Shown: positions 26,006 through 37,608 of the stretch, piece after piece
Numbering within the stretch: position 1 is the first letter of the stretch
Layout of the letters: each line of letters starts with the position of its first letter
The notes under the pieces: model-generated
The model's input: only the letters and a program-made list of their open reading frames with translations
Database searches by the model: none
Told to the model about the DNA's origin: nothing
Position numbers and translations under genes: made by a program
From: Mytilus californianus
Lineage: Eukaryota
Reading direction: 5' to 3'
Assembly (NCBI RefSeq): GCF_021869535.1
Contig: NW_026262593.1
Location: 14,260,001 to 14,324,000, forward strand
Length of the DNA: 64,000 nucleotides

Positions 26006-26594
26006 TAACACAAAGAAGCCATACACAACGATGACAATATCCCAAGCTTCCAGCCAAATTAAGTAGGAAGACATGTGTTTGTGTGTGTAGATGTTTACAT
26101 AAAACAAAACGTGAACTATATGAGCTAATCTGCAAACTGTGCTTACTATCTTCTGTATAGTAAAGACAAAAGTCACATTTTTGTTATCAAGTATTGAATT
26201 TAAATCGAGTCTTATCTTAATGAGAATAGTAAAACTTCAGAATGACAAAAGACATTTCAAATATTGAAATAATATTCAATAAATAATATTGTTATTTTGC
26301 AATCTCGACAACATCATGGTGTACATGTAAAGAGGTATTTGCTTCTGTCCTGTGGCGGGGATAGATAGTGCTATGTGCGTATTCATGTACATCATGATGT
26401 TGTCGAGATAGCATTTTACTTTAGTGTGTCCTGTGTATAGATTTGTAAGCAGTTTTATGTGACAGGGCAAAAGTGGACATCACGTCTTATTAACTTATTT
26501 ATAAAATTTACAATTAAATTTTATGTCCAATAAATAAATTCAATTATTTAAGGAAAAAATGGGTAAAGAAATAAATGTCTCAATTTTATTAACA

Positions 26595-28446
26595 TGTAAC
26601 GATTTTTGTTTACAAAGCTTTTTGTGTTTAAGGTTACAAATAAGTGTCAAATATATTTCACAAAGACGGAAATAAGACTTTTGATAAATAATAGATAAAG
26701 TAACAGCTTTACATAGTCTTAAGATTTCTTATGTAAAGAATAATTAATCCTGTAGTCTTTTCAATTAGCTTTTATTCGGCCTAAAACCCAAGCGACAGAT
26801 ATTTATGATGTAATAAGGCATGAGGACCGTCAAGGGGTCTCAATCAGTTAATTCTTTGTTAAATTGAGAAATAAACTTTCTTGTGCCTCACCTGGAAACA
26901 AAGTCACATGACTTTGGTATTTTTGGTAGCCTTTGTGGTCACTTGCAAAGCGACCATCAACGAATAAAGTATTATATTTCAAATTGTCTGTATTTTTCCA
27001 GGTGAGTGCAAATATTAATAGTTATTTAATATTTCAAATGTAAGAAGTTAATTTATATTATGTTTAGTGAAAACTAATATTCTACATTATTCAGAAACTG
27101 ATTTTAAAAGATTTCATATTTAAACTTAAAAGAATCAAGTCATTATATATATCTCTGAAAAGATAAGTAGCGTGGCGTCATCATAAAATCTAAATAATGT
27201 TAAATAATCAAAGTAATAATTGTTTCACATTTGTATCTAAGTAATTCAAGTTAAGTCTTTTAAATGTTCAATTAAATCAAATGTTTAAATAGAGTTGCAG
27301 TCGTAACGTATTTGTTATGTTCAGTCTAGTTTTACATTTAAAAGAATGATTTCAATCTACAGCTAAGGAAGTGTTTCAGTTATTAAATGTACATATGTAA
27401 TTATTGTTTTATGTGTGTGAAAAGAACAAGCTATTTGTCTTATTTTAGCTTAGTTAGTTTTCTTACTTTATTCAATGTATTTTATTAATGAAAGTATCAG
27501 TGCGCTGCTGCAAGGTATAGTCAGGTTTTTAGGCAGTTCAAATATAGAGTTACCTCCCATTTGAAAACAGCGTTTTCAGTCAAATCAGATATTCAGTCAA
27601 CATGGGATTCTCTTTATTAAGTTCTTATATCATGTATATCATAGACTCTGAAGGTAAATTCAATTTATAATTTAAGCATAATCATGCAATCAATAATCTT
27701 GTCATGTCGAAAGATTGAGATGTCTCCTCATCAAGGGTGACCCAAGTCAAACATATGAAATTGCAGCAAGCCACTGTTTTTATGTAAATAGCACATATTT
27801 GGTTAATTATTGTAATGTTTTATAGTGTCTTTATTCTTCATTATCATAAGTCACAATTCCTATTGTCATGTTAAAGCTATCAAAGCAAGTTTTATAAAAT
27901 GTGTATGTAAAATACAGTCAGTCTAAATTGAGCATTGAAACTTATAGTCAAAATTTATATTTGGTATTAAATGAGCTAAGATATATTGATATCTGTTTTA
28001 TTAAGTAAGGCAAATAAATTCAGTCATTCTTTTATTATGTTTCGAGTTAGTTTCCCCCGTCATTCAATATTCTGCTAGTTTCCCCATTCTATTTCATAAA
28101 TCAGTCATTAATGATGTCATATCATTATTCAGATTAAATGTGACTTTTGCTTGGCCCGATACAATGTTTCAGTCATTTATTTGTATCCGTATAAAGAATT
28201 GTGTGATTGCTATTCATATGTCATTATATTGTGTATTATATTATATATCATTCTATCATGTCTATTGTGTATTGTATAATATATCATGACTTGCAAAGCG
28301 ACCATCAACGAATAAAGTATTATATTTCAAATTGTCTGTATTTTTCCAGTTAACCAGTCAGAGGTTATTATAAGTCAGAGTCATCAACCAGTCAGTGGTT
28401 CTCAGTCATTCTATTGGTCAGACACAAATTGGTCGCTCACATTACA
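26595..28446. mobile_element. Possible LTR-like segment containing a perfect 61-bp internal direct repeat
   Basis: TGTAA...TTACA termini, but no matching TSD. Identical 61-mers at 26941-27001 and 28289-28349. Confidence 0.3.
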
Positions 28447-28829
28447 TCTGCACAGTCACAAGTAGTTCAACAAAGCAATTCCACACATCAAACAAACACG
28501 CCAAGTCTAAAGCTCACATTTAACCAAAGTACTATTGTTTGCTACCGAATATGACAAAATTAAGGTATCAAACAGAATCTAGATCATTGGTTGGAAAATT
28601 GTGTAATTATTTGAAATCCGCTTGGCAGAGTAGGTCAAATCTGACAATACACAATAATTTATTATTACACCTCAGACACAGTGTACAAGAGGACATCATA
28701 TATACACATAAACACAATTTTGTACTCAATACATTCACACAAAACATAATAATGCATGCATGGTAAAATACAGCCAAATTCCAATTTATAAATTACCATA
28801 ACATTCAACTCAAAAAGACAAACGGGTTA

Positions 28830-29430
28830 TGTTCTTCTCATATATTTTATGATGGTATAATACTAAACCCCTAACAGGAGGGATTGTGCCTGATATTCAT
28901 ATGATGAAGACATAATCTTTCAATCAGTTTAATTGAGGTCTGGAGCTGGCATGTCAGTAACTGCTAGTAGTCTGTTGTTATTTATGTATTATTGTCATTT
29001 TGTTTATTTTCTTTTGTTTCCTATTCTGACATCGGACTCGGACTTCTCTTTAACTGAGTTTTACTGTGCGTACTGTTGTGCGTTTGTTTTTTCTACATTG
29101 GCTAGAGGTATAGGGGGAGGGTTGAGATCTCAAAAAACATGTTTAACCCGCCGCATTTTTTGCGCCTGTCCCAAGTCAGGAGCCTCTGGCCTTTTTTAGT
29201 CTTGTATCATTTTTAATTTTAGTTTCTTGCAAATAATTTGGAGTTTAGTATGACGTCCATTATCACTGAACTAGTATACAATTTGTTTATGGGCCAGCTG
29301 AAGGACGCCTCCGGGTGCGGGAGTTTCTCGCTGCATTGAAGACCCATTGGTGGCCTTCGGCTGTTGTCTGCTCTATGGTCGGGTTGTTGTCTCTTTGACA
29401 CATTCCCCATTTCCATTCTCAATTTTATTT
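28830..29430 (+). repeat. Dispersed repeat copy (GAAGGACGCCTCCGGGTGCGGG family)
   Basis: The 3' part matches the fragment inserted in the SINE at 1461-1590. Confidence 0.8.
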
Positions 29431-29559
29431 TAAAAATAAACCATATATATCGTGTAAGTATTTTTAAAAATATTGCTAAGTTTTTGTTAAGTTCTACATG
29501 ACAAAACATTAAAAGCTGTTTTTATTTGTACTCCGTTGGATTTGCAGTATAATATTGTG

Positions 29560-32500
29560 GTATATATATATATTTCTATGGAGTTTTATTTCCTGTTTTT
29601 GATATTTGAATAGATAATGAAATTCATCCCCTACTCCATTTCCACAGAGATGACAAATTCGCTAATTTTTTGGTATCCCTGACCATCTTCCCGTTTCTAT
29701 AGGAAATTTTGAATTTGAGCATCTGAGTTTTGCTATGTAAATCCTGTCACATGGCTTCAACTTTATCAAATAGGTTTCCAAACGAAAGTCCTGTTTGTAT
29801 TCTGAATAAAATGCACATCTTGAAGAGTTATTCATTTGGGAAAACCAATGTTGGATAAATTGATCATTCAGTTGTCTTGAAATTATGTTCTTTAAACCCA
29901 GTTTATCCAATGGAAGTTGATCTTGCCAAATAAAACTAATTACATTTTCGTCAAATATGGATTTAACGTACACAATCCATTTAAATTTTGTGGGATATTG
30001 AAAATGTAATTTTAGCATTAATTAATACATAATGGAAGATAACTTGTTGTTCTCCAATAGTAAACTATTCCAAAACAACACCATTTTACTTTTAACACTA
30101 GTTTCCAAAGGGAATCTTCAGAGTTCCCTATACACCATATAATTTGGTGTACTGCTTCTTAATTTCAAAATGTGTTTGCAAAACTGAAGGTGTATTTTCT
30201 CAATGCTATCTTTACTTTCAAATCCCCATACCTCTGAAGCATAAAATTATACAGGACTAACTAGTGAGTCAAAAAGTTTTAGCTGCAAATCGACGGGAAT
30301 ACATATATTTTTAATTTTTCGGTACTGAGTATACAAAGACTTCTGTGCCTGATCAAGAAGATTTTTTCGTGCAGTACAAAAGCTACCGTTGTAATTGAAA
30401 AGTACACCAAGGTAGCAGTAAGAATCAAATATTTCAATGCTTTTTCCATATATAATAAAATTCTGAATATTTTTTACTTTCTTCTTACTTAAAATCACTG
30501 CTTTAGGTTTGTTCGTGTTAATCTTTAGTTTCCATTTTTTTTTTTACAGTATTCTTCAAAACATACAAGGATTTTTTGTAATCCTTCTGCACTTTCAGAC
30601 AATAGCGCAGTATCATCTGTGTATAGTATAATAAACAATTTAACATACATTTGTAATGACTCCATGCGAAATATTACCTAGACTTTCTATATTATTTTCA
30701 ACAAAATAATTTTCTAAATCATTTAGGAACAAAGAAAATAAAAAAGGTGATAAATTTTCACCTTGTTTGACTCCTGTGTGAGATATGAAAAATCGTTTCC
30801 TTTCTTTACGCATGTTTTTTTATTTAAGGAATGACTGTAATATGAATATGAAGAAATAACATCAAAAATGTGGTGCACACTGAATAACCCGTGTAGCGGG
30901 TTATTTTAAAGTGTGCACCACATTTTTTATGTTATTTCGAATAGACAGAAAAAATATTACAGTCATTTCTTATAATTTAATTCTAAATTCCATTTTAAAC
31001 CGGAGTAAACCATGAAAAAACGTTGATGACGTCACGGTCACATGACAAAATTATGTCTATGAGCTGATAAACAAAACAACGTCAGCCAATCAGAAGACGC
31101 GTTACATCCAAAATTAAATTATATTTTGATACATATTATAAATCACTTTAAATATTTTAGCTTTAATGTTTGATTTTTGCATTTTTTGCCACCATCCCGA
31201 TCTATATACAGTGTCAAAAGCGCTTTTAAAGTCTATAAAAGTGCAAAATAGCTACTTACCAAATGAAAAATTAATAGTAATTAAAGAATACACTACACAT
31301 ATATTATTAACAGTAGAGAATCCTCTACGAAAACCTGCTTGTGACTTTGAAAACAGGTGTACGTGATCTGCATAATTATTTAACCTGTAATTCAACATAG
31401 CAGAAAAAGTTTTACTAAAGCATAAATTTAATGTGATTACTCTGTACATTTCGGGATCGGATATTGATCCTTTATTTTTAAATATAGTAATCATGATTCC
31501 ATTAGACCAACTGTCTGGGACAATTCCAGTATCAAAAATCAATTGAATAGCTTAACGTAAATTGGCATTAAATCGTCAATGTATTCTTTGTATATTCATA
31601 TAAAATTTCATCACTACCTGAAGAATTGCCGTTTTTAAAATTCGAAACCACCTTTTTAATTTCTTCTTCGGTTACTGGACTATTTAAAAATAACTCAACA
31701 TCGTCTGATATAGTACCAAAGTCAAAATCTCGTTCGGAGTCATGTGCTGGCTCGACATTTTCATTTAGGATTTTAAAATGATCATACAACGCTTTTAGAA
31801 ATATCGTCATTGTTATTTTGTTTTACTACTATTTAGATTATTAAGGATTTTCTATAGAGCTTTTGTATCCGTTTTAGAAATGTTACGCAACTCTTCAGCA
31901 GCCCTCTGTTGATAGTTTACAAAAGCATTATTTATTATTTAATGTTATTTTATGTTATTTAATGTTATTTTATGTTATTTAATGTTATTTTATGTTCTTT
32001 ACTAGCTTGTCTCATTTTGCGTCTGTTTTCAACGTTTTTCAAAAAACTTTATCTCTTTCGAGCTTTATGAAATTTGTTTCTACTCATCGAGCATTTTCTA
32101 TTAAACCAAGGTTTTGAGTCTTCATGTTTGTAAAATTTTTTATGTTTTTTAATCTTCCCAAACGTTTCTGCCGCCGCGTTTTTTAAAATTTTTGCTGATA
32201 TCTAAAACTATATTGTTTATATCATTTTGAGTTGCATCATTCTTTACGGACAATTCGTCCAGTTTATTCATAACAATGGCCAGAATACCTTCGGGTCTTT
32301 GTGAATTCGATCAACGTATTCAGATTTCTGTTCACTTTTCCACCTGATGAAAATTTTATCACTGCTATTGTCGGTAACAATTGAATCTGAGTTACTAAAT
32401 GTGGCCTGAAGTCTGAAATGTATAAATGAATGACAATCAGAATATAACGGAATAATGTCAGCAATTTCAAAATAAAAAACCAGAGGAAATAATTAAATAA

Positions 32501-33410
32501 TCAACAACACTTGAATCGTTACATGTTTTCTCCCCAATATCTTTATCTGGTCCAACTCTTGAATTAGCAATATATAAATTATTTTTTCTGCACAACTCTA
32601 GCAGTCTATGACCATACTTTTTAGGTCTACATGTACACTGAGACCCTCTTTGCAAGGTGATTTTGTGTTGAGTCAGATTCTCAAAATCATATAAATACTC
32701 TAATATATCAGCATCACAATTTAAAACAAACATACTAACAACTGACTCATCAGGTATATAATATAATAAGGTAAAGACTCAGTTTTTGAGTTAAAATCGC
32801 CAACTAGGGCAACATAACTTTTTTCAGTGTTGGTTAGGATATTCAATTCATTTTCCAATTCTTCAAAAGCTTCTATCGTAGAATACTTAGAATTTTCAGG
32901 TGGTACACAAACACAGCTAAAAATTACATCTGAATTAAGTGATAGAAGTGATTTCAAAATTTGAAACCATAAAACAAATTGACTCTCAGTATCATGAAAT
33001 TTCAACCTTTTTTCTAAACTCTTTCTATAAATAACTACTATTCACTCTCGTAAAGATAATATGTTGTACGTGTAATTAAACCCAGGCAAACAAGTCTAAC
33101 ACAGTGCAGACAAAATACAAAGTGGTGTCCCTTGAAATATGGTGAATTAATTTCCATTCATTATTATTTTCAAATATTCAATTAAATCTTACAAATGAAT
33201 TTTATAATAAGGTCTTAATGCATTTAAAATCTTTTTGTAATTCTGAAGTAAATTATTCATTTCCTCAAATATATTTTGAACTTGAAAATTTTCTATTTTA
33301 CCATCTACAGAAAAAATAGATTTACATATATTTATTTCGTCTACAACACTCAGCTTTCGAATAGACATAAATGTTGTGCAATGAAAAGATAAACACAAAG
33401 AAATGTAAAA
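29560..33410 (-). mobile_element. Decayed non-LTR retrotransposon (APE endonuclease + RT, CR1/L2-group-like), many stops and frameshifts
   Basis: Minus-strand pieces in order: VALVGDFNSKT, SSVVDYLIIS (APE); PDSWSNGIMITIFKNKG, YRVITL, QAGFRRGFST, FIDFKSAFDTV, GVKQGENLSPFLF, YTDD (RT); YCYLGVLF, LKLFDSLVSP, IAKLRCSNSKFPIETGRW (C-terminal region). Confidence 0.92.
30822..31119. mobile_element. Non-autonomous hairpin element (possibly Crypton/tyrosine-recombinase type) inserted in the LINE RT
   Basis: Nested inverted repeats TAAGGAATGACTGTAATAT/ATATTACAGTCATTTCTTA, ATGTGGTGCACAC/GTGTGCACCACAT and AATAACCCG/CGGGTTATT. Removing it rejoins LINE ...YQNI|KTCV.... Confidence 0.7.
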
Positions 33411-33419
33411 AAACTATTA

Positions 33420-33950
33420 TGTCCCCCGTGACAAAATGTCGAGCGGGCATATTGATTTAGACCTGTCTGTCCATCCATCCGTCCATTCGTCTGTTTGTCC
33501 GTCCGGATATAGATACATGATATGTCTGCAATCTCCTCCTACAGTTTTTTAGCTACAGCTTTCATATTTTGTAGGATGTTTCTACACAAAATAGAGGTGT
33601 GCATGTCTACAGGATTTTGAATTTTTTTCAAATATTTTTAAAATGCCAGGTATTTGGACTTTTATGGTCATTTTTTGGTACTAGCTGCATATAGAGATCA
33701 TGTTTTTTCGGCTATCTCCTACAGTTTTTGATATTTAACAGGTTTATTGTACACATAATGAAAGCGTGCATGTCCACAGGATTTTTATTTTTTTCAAATA
33801 CTCTCAAAATGCCAGGTATTTGGACTTAGTCATTTTTTTTGGTACTAAAATCAGAAAGGGGTGGATGTTAGATATTCACAAAAACCGGTAGTTGGACTTG
33901 TTTTCCTTCTCACTTGCTATATAATTGAAAACATGATTTGCACTACTACA
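33420..33950. repeat. pearl/HINE-like element with (GTCC)n-type microsatellite and a duplicated internal core
   Basis: TTATGTCCCCC...GTCCATCCATCCGTCC head. Two related cores contain CTCCTACAGTTTTT and AAAATGCCAGGTATTTGGACTT. Confidence 0.55.
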
Positions 33951-34700
33951 GGTTAATGTCCCTAATGCAATAAATAAGATTTTTTTAGTACTTTCAAATA
34001 TTTATTCAATACCAGTAAAATGAACTCGGTGATCACTGGAAATAGAAAGTTAAACTTGGTGACTACTAAAACTTGAAAGTTGAAACCTTTTGGTTGGACA
34101 TTCAGTCCTGCAAGTGTAGACATTCAGAATAAAAATAAAAGATAGATCATCATACATAGTATTAAATTTATAATGTCTTATGATCAGGCGGGAGCATCAT
34201 TTGTGTCTTACAGACAGCGCAACAATTTCCAGTTGTACTTCAACATCACTGTTTGTCAAATCTAAAGTATGTAGAACTATACTCATGTATATCACAGAGC
34301 AGAGGGGGGCATCCATATCTAGTTTGTTTTTATCATTCAAAGGAAAATTTCAACAAAGTTTCAACTGGCCCGAATAAGTGCTTCTATATCTGTAAAAGCA
34401 ATGACTTGTCATCTCTGAGTCAGAAAAAATGTGTCCGGATAAGGCTTTATGATACCTTGTGAAGTAGCACTCAGATGTTTTGCGCCGAACGTTTGGTTAG
34501 TACACAGCATACTTTAATTTTTTTTCTTGTGCTTATATGCATGATATATTTCCGATTGCATTTTAAATACAATTCAGTCATCATCATGAATATGGGCAAC
34601 TGGTGCTACTACCAGAATACCAGTTGTTATCTGCTAGAATCCAAAAGCTGAAAGGCTCCATTTAGTTACAAGGTAAATAGATGTAGTAATCTTGATTACA

Positions 34701-37167
34701 ATGAACTTGTGTACAAAGTGTCAGTATAGTGCAAGAAAATTGTCAGAACTAGTACTGCATTACAGGTTTAATCATCAACAGGAACATGATTTCCAAATTT
34801 CCTGTCAAGTACACAATTGTGCCAAAACATTTAAGTTAACAGAATCCTATTTGAAACATGTAAAAAGAAAACATAAGGATTTTCACGAGGAACATTTTTC
34901 AAGAAGGAAACAGTTCTGCCGGGAACCAGATACACTTTCTTCTCTTCATGAATTTCAGAATGATCACGATAATCATTTTATGGACCATGATGGTGATCCT
35001 GTAGAAACTGATCAGTATCAGGCAGAAAATGTAATTAATTTTAAAAGAAAAATGGCATTATTTTTACTAAAATTAAGGGAATGTAACAAATTACCATCAA
35101 ATGCAGTCTTGAATGTGGTAAAAGAAATGACAGAAACTCTTTGTTATCATCATGCTGAGGTGTCGGATAGTATTTTAAAACATTTAGGTGAAAAGGGCAT
35201 AGACAGAGACTTGATAGATAGTGTTAAAGATGTTTTTAATTGTCAAACACAAACTGAAGAGGCTTGTAATGAACTTAATACAGAGTACAAGTTGAACAAA
35301 TATATAAGGGAGCATTTTGGATTTGTTAGCCCTGTACAGTACAACTTATCTAATCATCGGACTTCTCGTAAGAATGGAAAATACCAGTATGTGCCAATTT
35401 TACAAACTCTGAAAAAATTACTTGAGCATGATGATGTTTTTTCATTTGTCATGAACAATCATCAATCCAGTAATGGTATTTTTAGGGATTATTGTGATGG
35501 GGAGAACTATAAAAAAGTGAACTATTTGAAACGGATGCCAAATCTTTGCAAATAATACTTTACTATGATGACTTTACCGCTAGTAATCCAATAGGAAATA
35601 AAGTAAAAAATTTCAAACTTGGTGGATTTTATATGCTTTTGGGTAATGTTCCCCCGAAATATAGATCTCAACTTTATGTTATACAATTAGCAATTCTTTG
35701 TATGTCAAGTCTTATAAAAACAGAGGGATTTAGTGCTGTTATTGATCGTCTACTGCAAGATTTAAAATTATTAGAAGAAGAAGGTATTACTATCATGAAG
35801 TCTGATGGTGAGCATAGGTTATATGGGACAGTAACAGCAGTTATAGCAGACAATCTTGGGGCACATGCAATTGGAGGTTTCCTCGAGTCGTTCAATTGTT
35901 TAAGGAACTGTCGTCATTGTTTTGTTACAAAGCAGGACATGCAAACGATGTTTTCATGTAATGATTTTACATTAAGAAGTATTGCTATGCATAAAGCCCA
36001 GTTAGCTAATGTAGCTCAAGATTCAACCATGTCATCAGTTTATGGAATAAAAACTGACTCTCCATTAAACAGTCTAAAATATTTTCATGTTGCGGAAGGG
36101 ATGCCCTCAGATTTAGCCCATGACCTTTTTGAGGGTGTAGTTTGTGAAGTTATGACCAACACTATTGGCTATTGTGTGAGGGAAAAATTCTTTACATTAG
36201 AAGAACTCAATAATATTATTACAAAATTTGAATTTTGCACTATAGACAAAGCAAATAAACCAACAACTGTTCGAATCAGTTGCGAAACTTGAAGGTAAAG
36301 CAAACTGCAGCTCAGATTTGGTGTTTTGCCCGTTTTTTGCCTTTAATGGTAGGTGATAAAATTCCTTATAACAATCCGAAATGGAAAACATTTCTTTCAC
36401 TTAGAGATCTTTTATTTTATGTGTGTGCATCAGTTCTTGATAGAGGACATATCATGGTAATGCAAGATATAATTGAGGAGTTCCACGAATATTATCGGGA
36501 AAACTTTCCAGAAGAAACAGTGAAACCAAAATTTCACTATACATTGCATTACCCAAAACAAACTTTAGATTTTGGACCTTTAATTCATTTACAAACCATT
36601 CGATTTGAAGGTAAACACAATTATTTTAAAGAATTAGTGTATAGAACCAAAAACAAGAAAAACATATGCAAATCCTTAGCTGAACGTCATCAGTATTACC
36701 AATGTATCTTCAATGTTGCTACAATTTTTTTCGACTCGGGGCAGATTGAAACAACAGACGGCAATCTGCTTCCAATGTGTTTGTTGAGGACGGAATTTCG
36801 TCAAGCTTTACAAGTTCATGTAGGTGATGCATTGGATGTATTTGGATCTAAATCCATCGATTTCATGGGCATTACTTATCGCAATGGGGAATGCATTGTA
36901 AGCGCACAGCAGGATGGACATTTTATTCAGTTTAGTAATGTTAAACATTGTTTAGTGATTGCTGGTGCCCCATACCTATTATGTACAAAAATGTCAACCA
37001 TTGACTTTGATCGACACTTTTATGCCTTCATTGTTGAAGATTCGACTGCATGTGAAATAATTAAAATATCGGATTTAATTGAACCACATCCATTTGGAGT
37101 TTACTCACATCCTACTATAAACAATTCATCAGTTGTTATTATGAAGCATATGGTACATGTACCTTAA
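34701..37167 (+). CDS. CMC/EnSpm-type DDE transposase with two N-terminal C2H2 zinc fingers; ~820 aa after repairing two 1-nt frameshifts (~35511 and ~36268)
   Basis: CTKC...HYRFNH and CQVHNC...HVKRKH fingers; YQYVPILQTL; LYYDDF; LGNVPPKYRS; DNLGAHAIGGF; CRHC; DLAHDLFEGV; KPKFHYTLHY; GPL...RFEGKHNYFK; SLAERHQ. Confidence 0.88.
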
Positions 37168-37608
37168 CTTCCATAGAAAAGTAAGATTTCGTTATTTTGC
37201 TGTTGAGTAGTTTTGACCAGTATTGATCGTGTTGATTGCTGTTATTGTTATGTAGTAAAACAGCACATTTCTGTAACTGCCAGTTTAGTTATAAAGTAGA
37301 TATTTACTCTTTGTAGGACTGCCGAAAATTTCTGTCATTCATCTAACTATGCAAGCATAAAAGCATTATAATTTTTTTCAGAAATTGGCTTAAAATAGAA
37401 ATCATTTTGTTTACTTTCAAACTGAACATAACTTGTACCTTAAGTCTTTTTCTGGCATCTATCAAATATAAATGTGTAGGCACTTACTAGTATATAATGT
37501 TTTAACAAATTGTATACATGGTATAAATATATGTATGAAAATGTTTATTTAAATTGAAATATTTTTTTTTACAGGTCATTGATTTGAATTGAATGCACCA
37601 TCATTACC

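Noticed and set aside
34034-34045. CACTGGAAATAG as the left TIR of the CACTA element
   Set aside because: Only a partial match to CACTGAAAAAAATAG, flanks (AT versus TA) give no TSD, and subterminal-like motifs continue to its left.
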